Positions 1 to 9,735 of a stretch of 64,000 bases of DNA are shown here, one piece after another. The stretch's first letter is position 1. Every line of letters begins with the position of its first letter. The notes under the pieces were generated by a model, which worked only from the letters and a program-made list of their open reading frames with translations, was not told the DNA's origin and searched no databases. Made by a program: the position numbers and the translations under genes. The stretch spans positions 7,694-71,693 of the forward strand of contig CAZSZY010000002.1 in NCBI GenBank assembly GCA_964611285.1. The letters run 5' to 3'. The stretch is from an uncultured Methanosarcinales archaeon. Its GTDB lineage: Archaea > Nanobdellota > Nanobdellia > Woesearchaeales > SKGA01.

Positions 1-142
1 CGGATTGGATAATACTCGTTGAGAACGGCGGTTTAGAACTTAGCAAAGAACAATTAGATGCAGAAACAATGTTGCATGAAGAAGTTTCTTTTACAGATAT
101 TTGCAATCAAAAAATAATTATTTACAAAGTAATATTATAAGA

Positions 143-961
143 TTATCTTATTCGCTCAAGCATTTCTTCTTCAATATGATGCAATTTTCCTGGAATAATA
201 AGTGAGTGTAATGGTGCTCCAAAATCAAGTTCTTTTATTTCTTTTATGGTGCCTGCAACCATTTTCATATCAGGTTGACCAAGCCGAGCAACACCAACAA
301 CCAAAGAGTCTTCTGAAATAATTTTTTCTACTGCAGTGTTTTCCAAATGCATAAGCACATCAAGTGCTTCTGAAACTTTCATGAAACGTGGTGGTTGAGG
401 TTTAACAAGAGCTTCAGGAGTTGCTTTAAGTAAATCTTCTTTGCTTGGCTCTGCAACTTTAATATCAAGAAGACAAAGCGTGTGCAGTCCAAGTGATTTA
501 TTGTTTTTGATAACATCATAAGGGGTGTTAGGATACCAACCAGCATCAGGAAAGACAATGCTCGTAGTTTTTCCGAACTTGTAGAGTTCTAAGCCAGTAA
601 TACCAATAGCATTCATAATAGATGCATTAAAAATAACTTTTGTAGGGACATCTGCTTGTTTTGCGCGCAAAAGAAGATCTGCGTGTGTTGTTGCACCAAA
701 TACATCTCCAACGACAAGTAAAGCCACGTCCTGGTCTTTAGCAAGAGCTATGAGCAATTCCTCGGCTTGTTTTTCAACAACGTCACGAGGCGCTACAAGG
801 ACTTCTCGACCATAGAGCTCTTCAAGCTTGGCTTTATCCACGCCAAGAACAGAAGTATAGTATTCTAAGTAGACTACATCGCATTTCTTGACAATTTCAA
901 GACCACGAAGCGTGATATCCTTCTCATCATACAGGCCAAGACCGATTAAGTATAAAGTCAT
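143..961 (-). CDS. dphB: diphthine synthase (tetrapyrrole-methylase fold)
   Basis: N-terminus MTLYLIGLGLYDEKDITLRGLEIVKKCD is typical of archaeal diphthine synthase; 272 aa. Confidence 0.8.
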   Translation of the reverse strand: MTLYLIGLGLYDEKDITLRGLEIVKKCDVVYLEYYTSVLGVDKAKLEELYGREVLVAPRDVVEKQAEELLIALAKDQDVALLVVGDVFGATTHADLLLRAKQADVPTKVIFNASIMNAIGITGLELYKFGKTTSIVFPDAGWYPNTPYDVIKNNKSLGLHTLCLLDIKVAEPSKEDLLKATPEALVKPQPPRFMKVSEALDVLMHLENTAVEKIISEDSLVVGVARLGQPDMKMVAGTIKEIKELDFGAPLHSLIIPGKLHHIEEEMLERIR

Positions 962-997
962 AATAGAAAAGAAGAAAGAAGAAATATATAAAGATAC

Positions 998-1639
998 TTA
1001 AAGAGTATTTGCTTGAGCATGCTTTTTTTTAGTTTCAGAAATCCACTCTTGAAACAATACTTCTATTGAGGCAGAGAAAGTGTTTTCAAATGCATCCATA
1101 ATAGAACCATTCTCAAACAAGTAAAAATAATTAATGAAGTCTAAGAATTTATTCTTGCCGTATTTCTTAAAACAATAATGCAAAAATCTAGAACCATATT
1201 GATACATAAAAACAGGTTGCGACACTTTCTCAATCTCCGCAACAGAAATATCCTTCATAATATATCCTCCAATCGGTAAACACCAATAGAGTGAGTTATT
1301 ACGATGGACGATGGACTCTACTAAAGATTCTTCAAGCCACCAAGGAACAGCATTATATACTAATTTCTTGCCTAAAAAGACATGAACTAATTCATGTGAG
1401 AAGACAGATTCGTAAGTATCCTTGGCCAAAGTTGTTTTATTCTTTTCAAACCAATCTTTAGTATAGAGAATGATAGTACTTTGATAATGAAAGCCATTAG
1501 CCTTATCAGGCAAGGAAATATCAGGACATGCTTCTTGAATATAACCTTTAAATGAATTTAAGTCAACAGCCTCTAAAAGAGTATAAGTTACATCATGTCC
1601 AAAGAAAAATTTCAATTCTTTGTATATATCTTCGTTCAT
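998..1639 (-). CDS. hypothetical protein with an HExxH motif (possible metallopeptidase-like)
   Basis: 213 aa ORF containing SHELVHVF; no further family recognised. Confidence 0.35.
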   Translation of the reverse strand: MNEDIYKELKFFFGHDVTYTLLEAVDLNSFKGYIQEACPDISLPDKANGFHYQSTIILYTKDWFEKNKTTLAKDTYESVFSHELVHVFLGKKLVYNAVPWWLEESLVESIVHRNNSLYWCLPIGGYIMKDISVAEIEKVSQPVFMYQYGSRFLHYCFKKYGKNKFLDFINYFYLFENGSIMDAFENTFSASIEVLFQEWISETKKKHAQANTL

Positions 1640-1713
1640 TAACCAGAATAAAAAACTGGAAATATATAAAATAAGCGGGAAAAAAGTAAAATAAGAATAA
1701 AAAAATGCAACAA

Positions 1714-2598
1714 TTACTTGCGCATTGCTTTTTGAAAGACTAAAAGATCTTCTGTCGTGAGCTTTTTACCAGTCTTTACTTTTTCATCGACTTCTTTTGC
1801 TCGCTCTTTGATTGCTTTTTGTTCAATCTTCTTTTTGTCTTCTTCAATTTGGACATTGTGTTCTTCTAAAATGCTCTTTACACCATCTAACTCTTTTAGA
1901 AATACTTTTAGTACGTTGTTTTTTTCTGTGAAAAGTTCTTTGTACTCTTTGAACTTATCAAATGCTGCTTGTTCTTCTTTCTTAAAATCGTCAATTTCAC
2001 TAGAGCGTTCAACTAAAGCTTCATGTTTATCCTGAGAAAACTTCGCATAATCTTGAATTTTTCTGTGAGCTGCATTTGCTCGTCGTTTAAGTTTAGAAAC
2101 ATCTCGAGTTAAAGTTTTTACTTTATCCCAATCACCGGCAACACTACTTAATTCTTTGTATTGTTTGTTTAGAATTTTAATTTCTTTCATGAGTTTTTGT
2201 TCTTTATCAAAACTCATTGGCTGTGTTTCAAGTGTATACTCCATCTTTTCCATTTTCTTCTTTATCATGGAAGGATTTTCTTTCACTTGATGTTTAGCCG
2301 TAGTTGCATCATAATTTTTCTTCAGCGCATTAAGCTCTTTAGTTTTCTGAGAAACTTCTTTGTTAAGCATATCACGTTCAGTTTTAAGATCCTTTACTTG
2401 ATGAGTAATTTCATTACGTTCATCTTTAGAACCTTTAACACCAGAAATTAAACTACTAATTTTTTTGTTAATTTCGCCACGCTTAGCAAACCAAGACTCC
2501 TTCTCTCGATTGAGTCTATTTAGATCCTTTTTAAGCGTGCTCACCTCAACACGGAGGTTCTTTAGCTTTTGCATTTCTTCTTTAACAATATCTGACAT
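1714..2598 (-). CDS. K/E-rich coiled-coil protein
   Basis: 294 aa with heptad-like K/E/L periodicity throughout. Confidence 0.5.
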   Translation of the reverse strand: MSDIVKEEMQKLKNLRVEVSTLKKDLNRLNREKESWFAKRGEINKKISSLISGVKGSKDERNEITHQVKDLKTERDMLNKEVSQKTKELNALKKNYDATTAKHQVKENPSMIKKKMEKMEYTLETQPMSFDKEQKLMKEIKILNKQYKELSSVAGDWDKVKTLTRDVSKLKRRANAAHRKIQDYAKFSQDKHEALVERSSEIDDFKKEEQAAFDKFKEYKELFTEKNNVLKVFLKELDGVKSILEEHNVQIEEDKKKIEQKAIKERAKEVDEKVKTGKKLTTEDLLVFQKAMRK

Positions 2599-2664
2599 GA
2601 TAAGTTCAACCTACATTATGTACTATACAAAAATAAAATAAAAAATAAATAAAAAGGAAATTAC

Positions 2665-2976
2665 TTATCCGAAAAGTGCGCCTAAACCAGCTGCTGCTGC
2701 TTCATCGTTTTTCTTTTCTTTTTTAGGTTCTTCCTTTTTTTCTTCTGCAGGTGCATTACCTGCTGGTGCGCTAGCTGCTACTGGAGCTGCTACTGCTGCT
2801 TTACTAATTGCCTCATCGATGTCAACACCATCAAGTGCTGCAACTAAAGCTTTAACACGACCATCATCAACTGTAACCCCGGCTGCAGTTAGAACTTTTT
2901 TTACTGCTGCTTCGTCAACTTTTTGCCCTGCTTTGTGCAGGAGCATTGCGGTATAAATGTATTCCATTTGTTTCAC
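2665..2976 (-). CDS. rpl12: 50S ribosomal stalk protein L12 (P1)
   Basis: [11 protein letters not shown]... N-terminal dimerisation region, Ala-rich hinge, C-terminal EEKKEE...GLGALFG tail. Confidence 0.9.
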   Translation of the reverse strand: MKQMEYIYTAMLLHKAGQKVDEAAVKKVLTAAGVTVDDGRVKALVAALDGVDIDEAISKAAVAAPVAASAPAGNAPAEEKKEEPKKEKKNDEAAAAGLGALFG

Positions 2977-2998
2977 CTATAATTTAAGTAATATTATT

Positions 2999-3988
2999 TT
3001 ATCCAAAGAGTGCGCCTAAACCAGCTGCGGCATCAGGAGCTTCTTTTTCCTCTTTCTTTTCTTCCGGCTTTGCATCAACGCTTGCTGGTGCTGCCTCAAT
3101 AACAGGAGTGGCTGCTTTTGTACCAATGATTTCTGCACTAAGTGCTTCATCAGGTAACATGCTTGCAAGACCCATCATTTGGTTGTTTGCTTTAGCCAAG
3201 GTATCACCAACTGTTAGGTCGGTTAAAATATCTTCGCCAATTGCCAAAGCTTTTGCGTCAGCAAATGCTTTTTGAATAAGAACAGGTGTTGTCTCTTCTG
3301 TTAAGAATGCTGTATTTACAGCTAGGTTAAATGCCCAGCTAGCAGCGGTTGTAACATCTGAGATGTACTGGTCTTCATCAATATCAAGTACAGCTTTTGT
3401 GAGGATTCCTCCATTTTCGCAAACTGCGGTAAGGTCAAGTCCAATTTCCATTGGTTCAATACCAAGACGAGTTAGTAAACCTGCAAGAAGTGAACTTACT
3501 TCATCTCCTTTTTTAGCAACAAGTGAATCTGCTTTAACTGCAACTTTACCAGCGTCAATTCCTGCTTTAATACCAACGCTACCCATTTCTCCGATTACAG
3601 GACCTGGAGCAAAACTTGTTGGACCTGCTGGAACAACAATATCGTTTGGTGCAATTTGACCGCCTTTAATTCCTGTCTTAGATTTATTTTTCTTTAAAGT
3701 TTTAAAGAGTGTAAATGGACTTGCATTAGTAAAAAGTAATGCAGGCATTCCTTTTAGATGTGGAATAAGTTCTTTGATACCATCTTTTTTAGAATTTTCA
3801 ATTGCAACAGTTAGTAAACGTCGCTTCGTCATTCTAATAAGAACAGAATCTCTTAATTGTACTCTCATATTGTGGAGCTGTTTTGCAGGAAGATTTTCCA
3901 TATTAACTGCGCCAACAACATCATATTTGTCAATAAGCTGCGTGAACTCTTTGACTACGTTCTTTTTTGCTTGTGAAATATGAGCCAT
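2999..3988 (-). CDS. rpl10: 50S ribosomal protein L10 (acidic P0)
   Basis: 329 aa ending in the same EEKKEE...[10 protein letters not shown] stalk tail; sits between L1 and L12. Confidence 0.9.
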   Translation of the reverse strand: MAHISQAKKNVVKEFTQLIDKYDVVGAVNMENLPAKQLHNMRVQLRDSVLIRMTKRRLLTVAIENSKKDGIKELIPHLKGMPALLFTNASPFTLFKTLKKNKSKTGIKGGQIAPNDIVVPAGPTSFAPGPVIGEMGSVGIKAGIDAGKVAVKADSLVAKKGDEVSSLLAGLLTRLGIEPMEIGLDLTAVCENGGILTKAVLDIDEDQYISDVTTAASWAFNLAVNTAFLTEETTPVLIQKAFADAKALAIGEDILTDLTVGDTLAKANNQMMGLASMLPDEALSAEIIGTKAATPVIEAAPASVDAKPEEKKEEKEAPDAAAGLGALFG

Positions 3989-4001
3989 TTTTATTCTTCA
4001 C

Positions 4002-4649
4002 CTAGATACGAACTGGTTTACCCATAGTAAGTTTTAGCACAACGCCTCGGACGTTATGTCGTTCTTTTGGTAAGTGATGTTCGATTTGATCGTATAAATA
4101 TACGATATTTTCTGCTAAGTCCTCGTCTTTCATATCGAGTTTTCCAACTGCTAATTGCATAACAGGGAATTTTTTTGCAGAGATTTTGATTGTACTTTGT
4201 AATCTATCATAAAGTGGTTGAAGTGATCCTTTTGGAGGTACAACGCAACCAGCTTTTGGGTTTGGCATTTTTCCTCGTGGACCGAAGATTCGACCGAAGG
4301 TTCCTGCAATTTGACCCATGATATTTGCTTGCGCAATAAAGTAAGCATAGTCTTCAGCAAGTTTTTTAGAAGCTTTTTTGTCTTTTTTATATTTTTCAAG
4401 ATCTCCTTGAGTAATAGCTAAATCACAAACTTTCTTTGCGTCATCAATAAGCTCTCCACCAACAATTGCGCAAATTTTCTTTTTGCCAAAAGGATGAGGT
4501 AGAGTTGTAAAGAATTCTACTTGGTCATCAGGATTTTTAAGATTAAGATCTTTAAGGTTTACAATAAGTTCTACAGCTTGTGTGAACTTTCGCTCTTTTG
4601 CTTCCTTTCGAAGCGCGGCGAGTGTTTCAATAACTTGTTTTTTATCCAT
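4002..4649 (-). CDS. rpl1: 50S ribosomal protein L1
   Basis: 215 aa, canonical position upstream of L10/L12; L1-like sequence. Confidence 0.88.
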   Translation of the reverse strand: MDKKQVIETLAALRKEAKERKFTQAVELIVNLKDLNLKNPDDQVEFFTTLPHPFGKKKICAIVGGELIDDAKKVCDLAITQGDLEKYKKDKKASKKLAEDYAYFIAQANIMGQIAGTFGRIFGPRGKMPNPKAGCVVPPKGSLQPLYDRLQSTIKISAKKFPVMQLAVGKLDMKDEDLAENIVYLYDQIEHHLPKERHNVRGVVLKLTMGKPVRI

Positions 4650-4749
4650 TTTGTATGTGGCCTCCTATTCGAGATAGTATTGACGATAACGGATTCATAA
4701 AAATCGTACGATTTTTAAAATGCCAAAAATTCCAAAGGGATTTTTTAGC

Positions 4750-4890
4750 ATGAATACAGCAGAACTAGGGTTAATACCTTGTTTGCCGCATCAATTAAGC
4801 CCGTGCCACGAAACATGTCCAGCATGCCCGTGTGATACGTCTAACGGTTGTAACTGCAGGAAACGTTGTTTTATTTATAAAAGTAACTGA
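4750..4890 (+). CDS. possible small cysteine-rich peptide (46 aa, 8 Cys)
   Basis: ATG at 4750 gives MNTAELGLIPCLPHQLSPCHETCPACPCDTSNGCNCRKRCFIYKSN; locally GC-rich; not in the ORF track because under 60 aa. Confidence 0.25.
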   Translation: MNTAELGLIPCLPHQLSPCHETCPACPCDTSNGCNCRKRCFIYKSN

Positions 4891-4997
4891 AAGATTGTGT
4901 TTTAAAGTAATTAATCAAAATAACCACTCTTGAGAGACTACAAATAGAAACCTTTATAAATAAATAATCCTAAATAAAACACGTAAGAGGTTTTATT

Positions 4998-5309
4998 ATG
5001 ACAACAATAATGAACAACTATGACAGAAATCAAGCAACATTTGAAAACCACAAATATGATGCAGTAAGAGTACGTGACCAAACTTTTCTTGTAAACACAA
5101 AAGAACAAGAAGTCTATAAAATCTTAGGAGATAAGATATACCAAAATAGACCAAATCTTAAAATAACAGTAAGAAAAGTCATCAAGCGAGACGTTATAGA
5201 TGAAGTATTGCAATATGCAGTAAAAAATAATGACTCAACAACAGTTGATATTGACTGTGAAGAATTTGGCAAGGACAATATTGAAACATTATTATATGCT
5301 GATGATTAA
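4998..5309 (+). CDS. hypothetical protein
   Basis: 103 aa ORF preceded by a TATA-like 'tttataaataaa' and 'gaggt' RBS. Confidence 0.4.
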   Translation: MTTIMNNYDRNQATFENHKYDAVRVRDQTFLVNTKEQEVYKILGDKIYQNRPNLKITVRKVIKRDVIDEVLQYAVKNNDSTTVDIDCEEFGKDNIETLLYADD

Positions 5310-5322
5310 TAGAAGTTAGAAA

Positions 5323-6003
5323 ATGGAAAACGAATTTGATCAGTTGGAAAACACACTTAGAGAAGAATACAAAGATGCATTACATTCTAGAGATTTTCCT
5401 AAAGCAAAAAAACTGGCAGCAGAATTAGGAGAACAACTTCCCACAGAATATTTCTCAATTGATATAGCTGAAAAAAACATAACACCAGAAGAAAATACTA
5501 TTAAAAAACCATACGAAATAATCTGTATTACTAATAAGACATCAAAACAAGAATTAGAAAAAGTTATTGCATACTTTGCAGATCAACAACGATATAACGT
5601 AATAGTAATCAAAGAAAAACTTGAATTTAAACCTTATAAATACCGATCAGTAGCACCAGAATTTAAAGATGCAAATTTTGATTCTGAAAAAGACGCTCAA
5701 GGCGTAAAAGACATAAGTCAATCACCAATCTACTATGCAAAAATAATTATTAATGAACATACATCAATAGTATTAGAAGAAACAAAAGAGCATATTAATT
5801 ATCACATTCTTACAAGCTCCGTTGATAACGATGGAGAACTACGGGCAGAGCTTCCAACCAAAGAAACAAAAACCATACCTAAAAAGGAATGTATTGATTT
5901 ATTGGTACAAGAAGGAAATTTTAGTCGACCAGGATTACTTCTTCCAAACAAACATTATGATTGGAAAGATAAAATTATTGCTGGATACAACACTTCAAAA
6001 TAA
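5323..6003 (+). CDS. hypothetical protein
   Basis: 226 aa ORF, balanced composition, no family recognised. Confidence 0.45.
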   Translation: MENEFDQLENTLREEYKDALHSRDFPKAKKLAAELGEQLPTEYFSIDIAEKNITPEENTIKKPYEIICITNKTSKQELEKVIAYFADQQRYNVIVIKEKLEFKPYKYRSVAPEFKDANFDSEKDAQGVKDISQSPIYYAKIIINEHTSIVLEETKEHINYHILTSSVDNDGELRAELPTKETKTIPKKECIDLLVQEGNFSRPGLLLPNKHYDWKDKIIAGYNTSK

Positions 6004-6051
6004 AAAATATTTATTTCTCACTAGAAACTTTTCGTTTCTGTGCAGCAGCAA

Positions 6052-7572
6052 CTAATTCTCTGAGTGTTTTTCATCCATGGGTAAATCCACATCAGCAGTC
6101 ACATTAATATGTAATTTTCTTAATGCGTCATCATCGCCAAGAGTAGGGATAATTGTTGAATGCATTTCGCAATTCTTTAATTTTCCAAGAAGATTAAGAC
6201 AATGTTTTGCTGAAGGATTATATGCGGATGCAATAGCAATAGTAATCAACGTTTCGTCTAAGTCAAGACTCACATGAGATAAACCAAATTGGTTTGAACG
6301 AAGATCCTGAATAGTTTCAATAATATGTTTAGGCAGTAAATGAATATTGTCAGGAATTTCTGCTAATAACTTAATTGCATTTAAAATCACAGCAGATTCT
6401 GCATGGAGCAAATCAGAACTTTTACCAGTCACAATTCTCCCATCGTCAAGCTCTATTGCAGCAACTTCGGCTTTCTTTTCTTTTTTTGCTTTTCTTGCAA
6501 CAGTTACAACAGTTCGATAATCGGATGAGATATTTAGCTGGGCCATAATCTCATTCATACGCTGTAGAGTTTCTGAAGATTCAATACCTTTGAAGAATTT
6601 CTGACGATAACTAAAATAGCGACGAATAATCTCTTGCTTTCCTGCTTCTTCTAAAACAGCATTGTCAATAATTCCCTCTTTAGCCATATTAACACCCATA
6701 TCAGTTGGTGATTGAAATGTAGAAACAAAATTATTTTCAGTAACAATCTTATCCAAAATACTTTTTAGAATATCAAAATTCTCGATATCCCTATTATAAT
6801 TAACAGCATCAGTCCCATACGCTTTTTTATGGAAAGGATCTATTAAATTTAAATCTAATAAATCAGCGGCTGCCGCTTCATAAGCGAGATTTGTGGGGTG
6901 CTTTAAAGGAAGATTCCAAATAGGAAATGTTTCTAATTTAGAATAACCCGCATTCACATCATTTTTATTATCTAAGTAAAATTGAGATAAACACGTTGCA
7001 CATTTTCCAGCACCCGCACCAGCACCAGTCACAATTATCAAAGGTTTAGTTGTGGGAATATGAGGTTGAGCACCAAAACCTTTTTCACTTACTGCAATAG
7101 ATAAATCAGCAGGATAATTTTCTATTTCGGTTGTCACATAAACTTTTTCCCCTAAATTTTCCAGACGCTTCTTAAATCTTGTTGCGGCACTTTCTCCTTC
7201 AAAACGAGTTATGACAACTGCAGAAACTAAGAGACCTTTCTCTCGCAAATCTTTGATTTCTTTAATAGCTAGTGCATCATGAGTTAACCCCAAGTCATGA
7301 CGGATTTTTCCTTTTTGTAATTCTTTAGCACCAACACAATAGAATATTTCTGATTTATCTTTAAGCTCCTTAAGAATTTGAGTTTTTAAATCGAATTCAT
7401 AACCAGGAAGAACCCTCGCTGCATGAGAATCAGTTAGAATCTTTCCACCAAACTCTAAATATAATTTATCAAAATGAGAAACCCTCTCTAAAATTGCCTT
7501 AACTTGCGCATCAAAATATTTTTTTGAACTAAATCCGTCTTTTTTCATCATCAAATCCCCACATGAGTACAT
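6052..7572 (-). CDS. UPF0371/DUF1846 family protein
   Basis: DKLYLEFGGKIL...HAARVLPGYE matches the signature of the ~500 aa UPF0371 family as I recall it. Confidence 0.7.
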   Translation of the reverse strand: MYSCGDLMMKKDGFSSKKYFDAQVKAILERVSHFDKLYLEFGGKILTDSHAARVLPGYEFDLKTQILKELKDKSEIFYCVGAKELQKGKIRHDLGLTHDALAIKEIKDLREKGLLVSAVVITRFEGESAATRFKKRLENLGEKVYVTTEIENYPADLSIAVSEKGFGAQPHIPTTKPLIIVTGAGAGAGKCATCLSQFYLDNKNDVNAGYSKLETFPIWNLPLKHPTNLAYEAAAADLLDLNLIDPFHKKAYGTDAVNYNRDIENFDILKSILDKIVTENNFVSTFQSPTDMGVNMAKEGIIDNAVLEEAGKQEIIRRYFSYRQKFFKGIESSETLQRMNEIMAQLNISSDYRTVVTVARKAKKEKKAEVAAIELDDGRIVTGKSSDLLHAESAVILNAIKLLAEIPDNIHLLPKHIIETIQDLRSNQFGLSHVSLDLDETLITIAIASAYNPSAKHCLNLLGKLKNCEMHSTIIPTLGDDDALRKLHINVTADVDLPMDEKHSEN

Positions 7573-7688
7573 AGTGAAACAATATCAGAAACAGAACGAG
7601 AAGTATCCATTACTGCAATTTGTTTGCCCTAACGGAATATAATATTCCAAAACACAGTATATAAGTTTTGAGGTTCTCGAGAAGATAG

Positions 7689-8054
7689 TTACTTAGGTAC
7701 ATGCTGTACATAACCAGAAAGTGTGTAAAGCAGACTGAAATCTAAATCATCTGGTTGTTCTGAAAAAGTAATGCCAAACTTCTCAATATACTCCCGAGCG
7801 TCCATTTTATAAAGTAACATTGCAATGTCGTCGGAAGAACCGTTCTCAGGAAATGATGGCTTCGAAAAATTATCCTGCACTTTATTTGGTCCATCCTTAT
7901 GAGTTGTGATGTAGTCATAAAGAGTAGTTATAGACTCATCAGAAAGACCTTTCAAACTATCTTTAGAAAATATAAATAAGTGAGAACGATAAGGTGCTAA
8001 ACGTTCAAATACTATTGCACCTTTATAACCAATATCATCTGAACCCCAAACCAT
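7689..8054 (-). CDS. hypothetical protein
   Basis: 121 aa ORF. Confidence 0.4.
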   Translation of the reverse strand: MVWGSDDIGYKGAIVFERLAPYRSHLFIFSKDSLKGLSDESITTLYDYITTHKDGPNKVQDNFSKPSFPENGSSDDIAMLLYKMDAREYIEKFGITFSEQPDDLDFSLLYTLSGYVQHVPK

Positions 8055-8094
8055 ACAAAAACATAATTGTAAGATTACTTTTAAAATTTCCTAA

Positions 8095-8832
8095 TTACAT
8101 ACCATGAAGCGCGCCAATGAAAAAATAAAATGCAACCATCGTGAGAATAAAAATAATTGTTTCTTTCCAAATAGTAGCGTGACTATGTTTATGTTTATGC
8201 ATGCTAGGGACAATATCTGAAAGAGCAACATAAATAAAACCACCAGCTGCCATGAGAACAGCAAAAGGAACAATGGATTCAGCTAAGTCAAAAGCAACAA
8301 AACCAATAATACCACCAAGAACAGCAGAGAGCGCAGAGAGAAAATTAAGTTTAAGAGCGCGAGCTTTAGAATACCCGCTATGAATAAGCACAGCAAAATC
8401 TCCGAATTCTTGAGGAATCTCGTGAAGAAGAACAATCAATGTTGTTGCAATACCAGTTCGCACATCTAATAAGAATGCACCAGCGATAAGAATACCATCA
8501 AGGAAATTGTGCACAAAGTCACCTGTCAGAATTAACAGCCCTGCAGGTTTATCATGACAATCATCATGACCACAATGATGCCAATGAATGAAACGCTCAA
8601 CAAGAAAGAATAACACTATTCCTGCAAGAACAAAAGGTAATGCAACATGAAGCTCTCCAACTTCTTCTGCTGCATGAGGAATTAAATCCAGAAAAGAAAC
8701 AGCCAATAAAGCTCCTGCTGCAAAGCTGATAAAATAATGTAAAAGACGCTTGATGCCCTTATAAGAGACGAGCACGCCAACAAAACTAACTAAACTAACA
8801 AGAATTGTAGCAATAATGATGTAAATGAGCAT
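8095..8832 (-). CDS. zupT: ZIP-family divalent metal (zinc) transporter
   Basis: HEIPQEFGDFAVLIHSG ZIP signature, His-rich loop (HWHHCGHDDCHD), multiple TM helices. Confidence 0.85.
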   Translation of the reverse strand: MLIYIIIATILVSLVSFVGVLVSYKGIKRLLHYFISFAAGALLAVSFLDLIPHAAEEVGELHVALPFVLAGIVLFFLVERFIHWHHCGHDDCHDKPAGLLILTGDFVHNFLDGILIAGAFLLDVRTGIATTLIVLLHEIPQEFGDFAVLIHSGYSKARALKLNFLSALSAVLGGIIGFVAFDLAESIVPFAVLMAAGGFIYVALSDIVPSMHKHKHSHATIWKETIIFILTMVAFYFFIGALHGM

Positions 8833-8862
8833 GGAGGAAGAGCAATTGAGAAGTATATAAAA

Positions 8863-9735
8863 CTAGTCTTTTGGAATAAAGACCAATGTATTCTTTTTTT
8901 CATCAAAAACGACTTCATCACCATATGCAAAAGGAACCATATTTCTACCATGACCTAAATGCAAATCATATAAAACAGGAATACCTAAGCGACGGATGAA
9001 TTTTTTTAATAACGGCAAATAATTTCCACAATAATTCATTTGTCCAAACATAACACCCTTTAAACCTCTAAATTTCTTTAAAAAATGTAATTGAATAAGC
9101 ATCGTATAAATTGCGGCAGGTCGTTCGCGAACATCTTCCAGCGCCAAAACAAAACCTTTAGTTTTCAAGTCATAATCAGTTCCTAAAAGATGATTAATTA
9201 TTCGTAGATTTCCTCCAATAATGGGACCCCTAAATGATTTTTTATGAAACGATTTTAATGTTTTTGGAAGTTTGAAAACATATTTTCTTTTGTGTAAACA
9301 AGCATCTAACATTTCATAATAACGACCAGTTGTAGGCCAAGCTCGCGTACCAATATTAGGGCCATGAATTAAACGTCCTTTGTAACCTTTTTCATGTAAA
9401 GCAATGAGAATTGCAGTAATATCACTATATCCCATAATTGTTTTTTGAGAAGCAAGAATCTTCTTCCAATCCAATTTTCTAAGGAGCTCCATCGAAGCAT
9501 AACCACCTTTCACAGCAAAAACAAATTCAGAATCTTCAGATGTTAAAGCTTCAGTTAATTCATCTCTTCTACGTTTTAGTGTTCCTGCAAAATATAAATC
9601 TGTTCTTAGAATGTCCTTTCTAAATAAAGGAGTATAACCAATATCAGTCAGACGTTTTTTTGCTTTTTCTAAATGAGAGCGAGAAATCTTATTTGAAGGA
9701 GCTATCAACCATGCAGAATTTTTTTCCTGACTCAT
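8863..9735 (-). CDS. S66 family LD-carboxypeptidase (LdcA/MccF-like)
   Basis: 290 aa; GGYASMELL and GYSDITAILIALH motifs typical of peptidase S66. Confidence 0.7.
   Translation of the reverse strand: MSQEKNSAWLIAPSNKISRSHLEKAKKRLTDIGYTPLFRKDILRTDLYFAGTLKRRRDELTEALTSEDSEFVFAVKGGYASMELLRKLDWKKILASQKTIMGYSDITAILIALHEKGYKGRLIHGPNIGTRAWPTTGRYYEMLDACLHKRKYVFKLPKTLKSFHKKSFRGPIIGGNLRIINHLLGTDYDLKTKGFVLALEDVRERPAAIYTMLIQLHFLKKFRGLKGVMFGQMNYCGNYLPLLKKFIRRLGIPVLYDLHLGHGRNMVPFAYGDEVVFDEKKNTLVFIPKD

Noticed and set aside
1757-2451. Plus-strand ORFs 1757..2035 and 2197..2451 inside the coiled-coil gene
   Set aside because: Antisense to a convincing K/E-rich gene; translations are F/S/L-rich low complexity, typical of the reverse strand of AAR/GAR codons.
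3363-3983. Plus-strand ORFs antisense to rpl10 (P0)
   Set aside because: They overlap a confidently identified ribosomal gene on the other strand; S/P/I-rich composition looks spurious.
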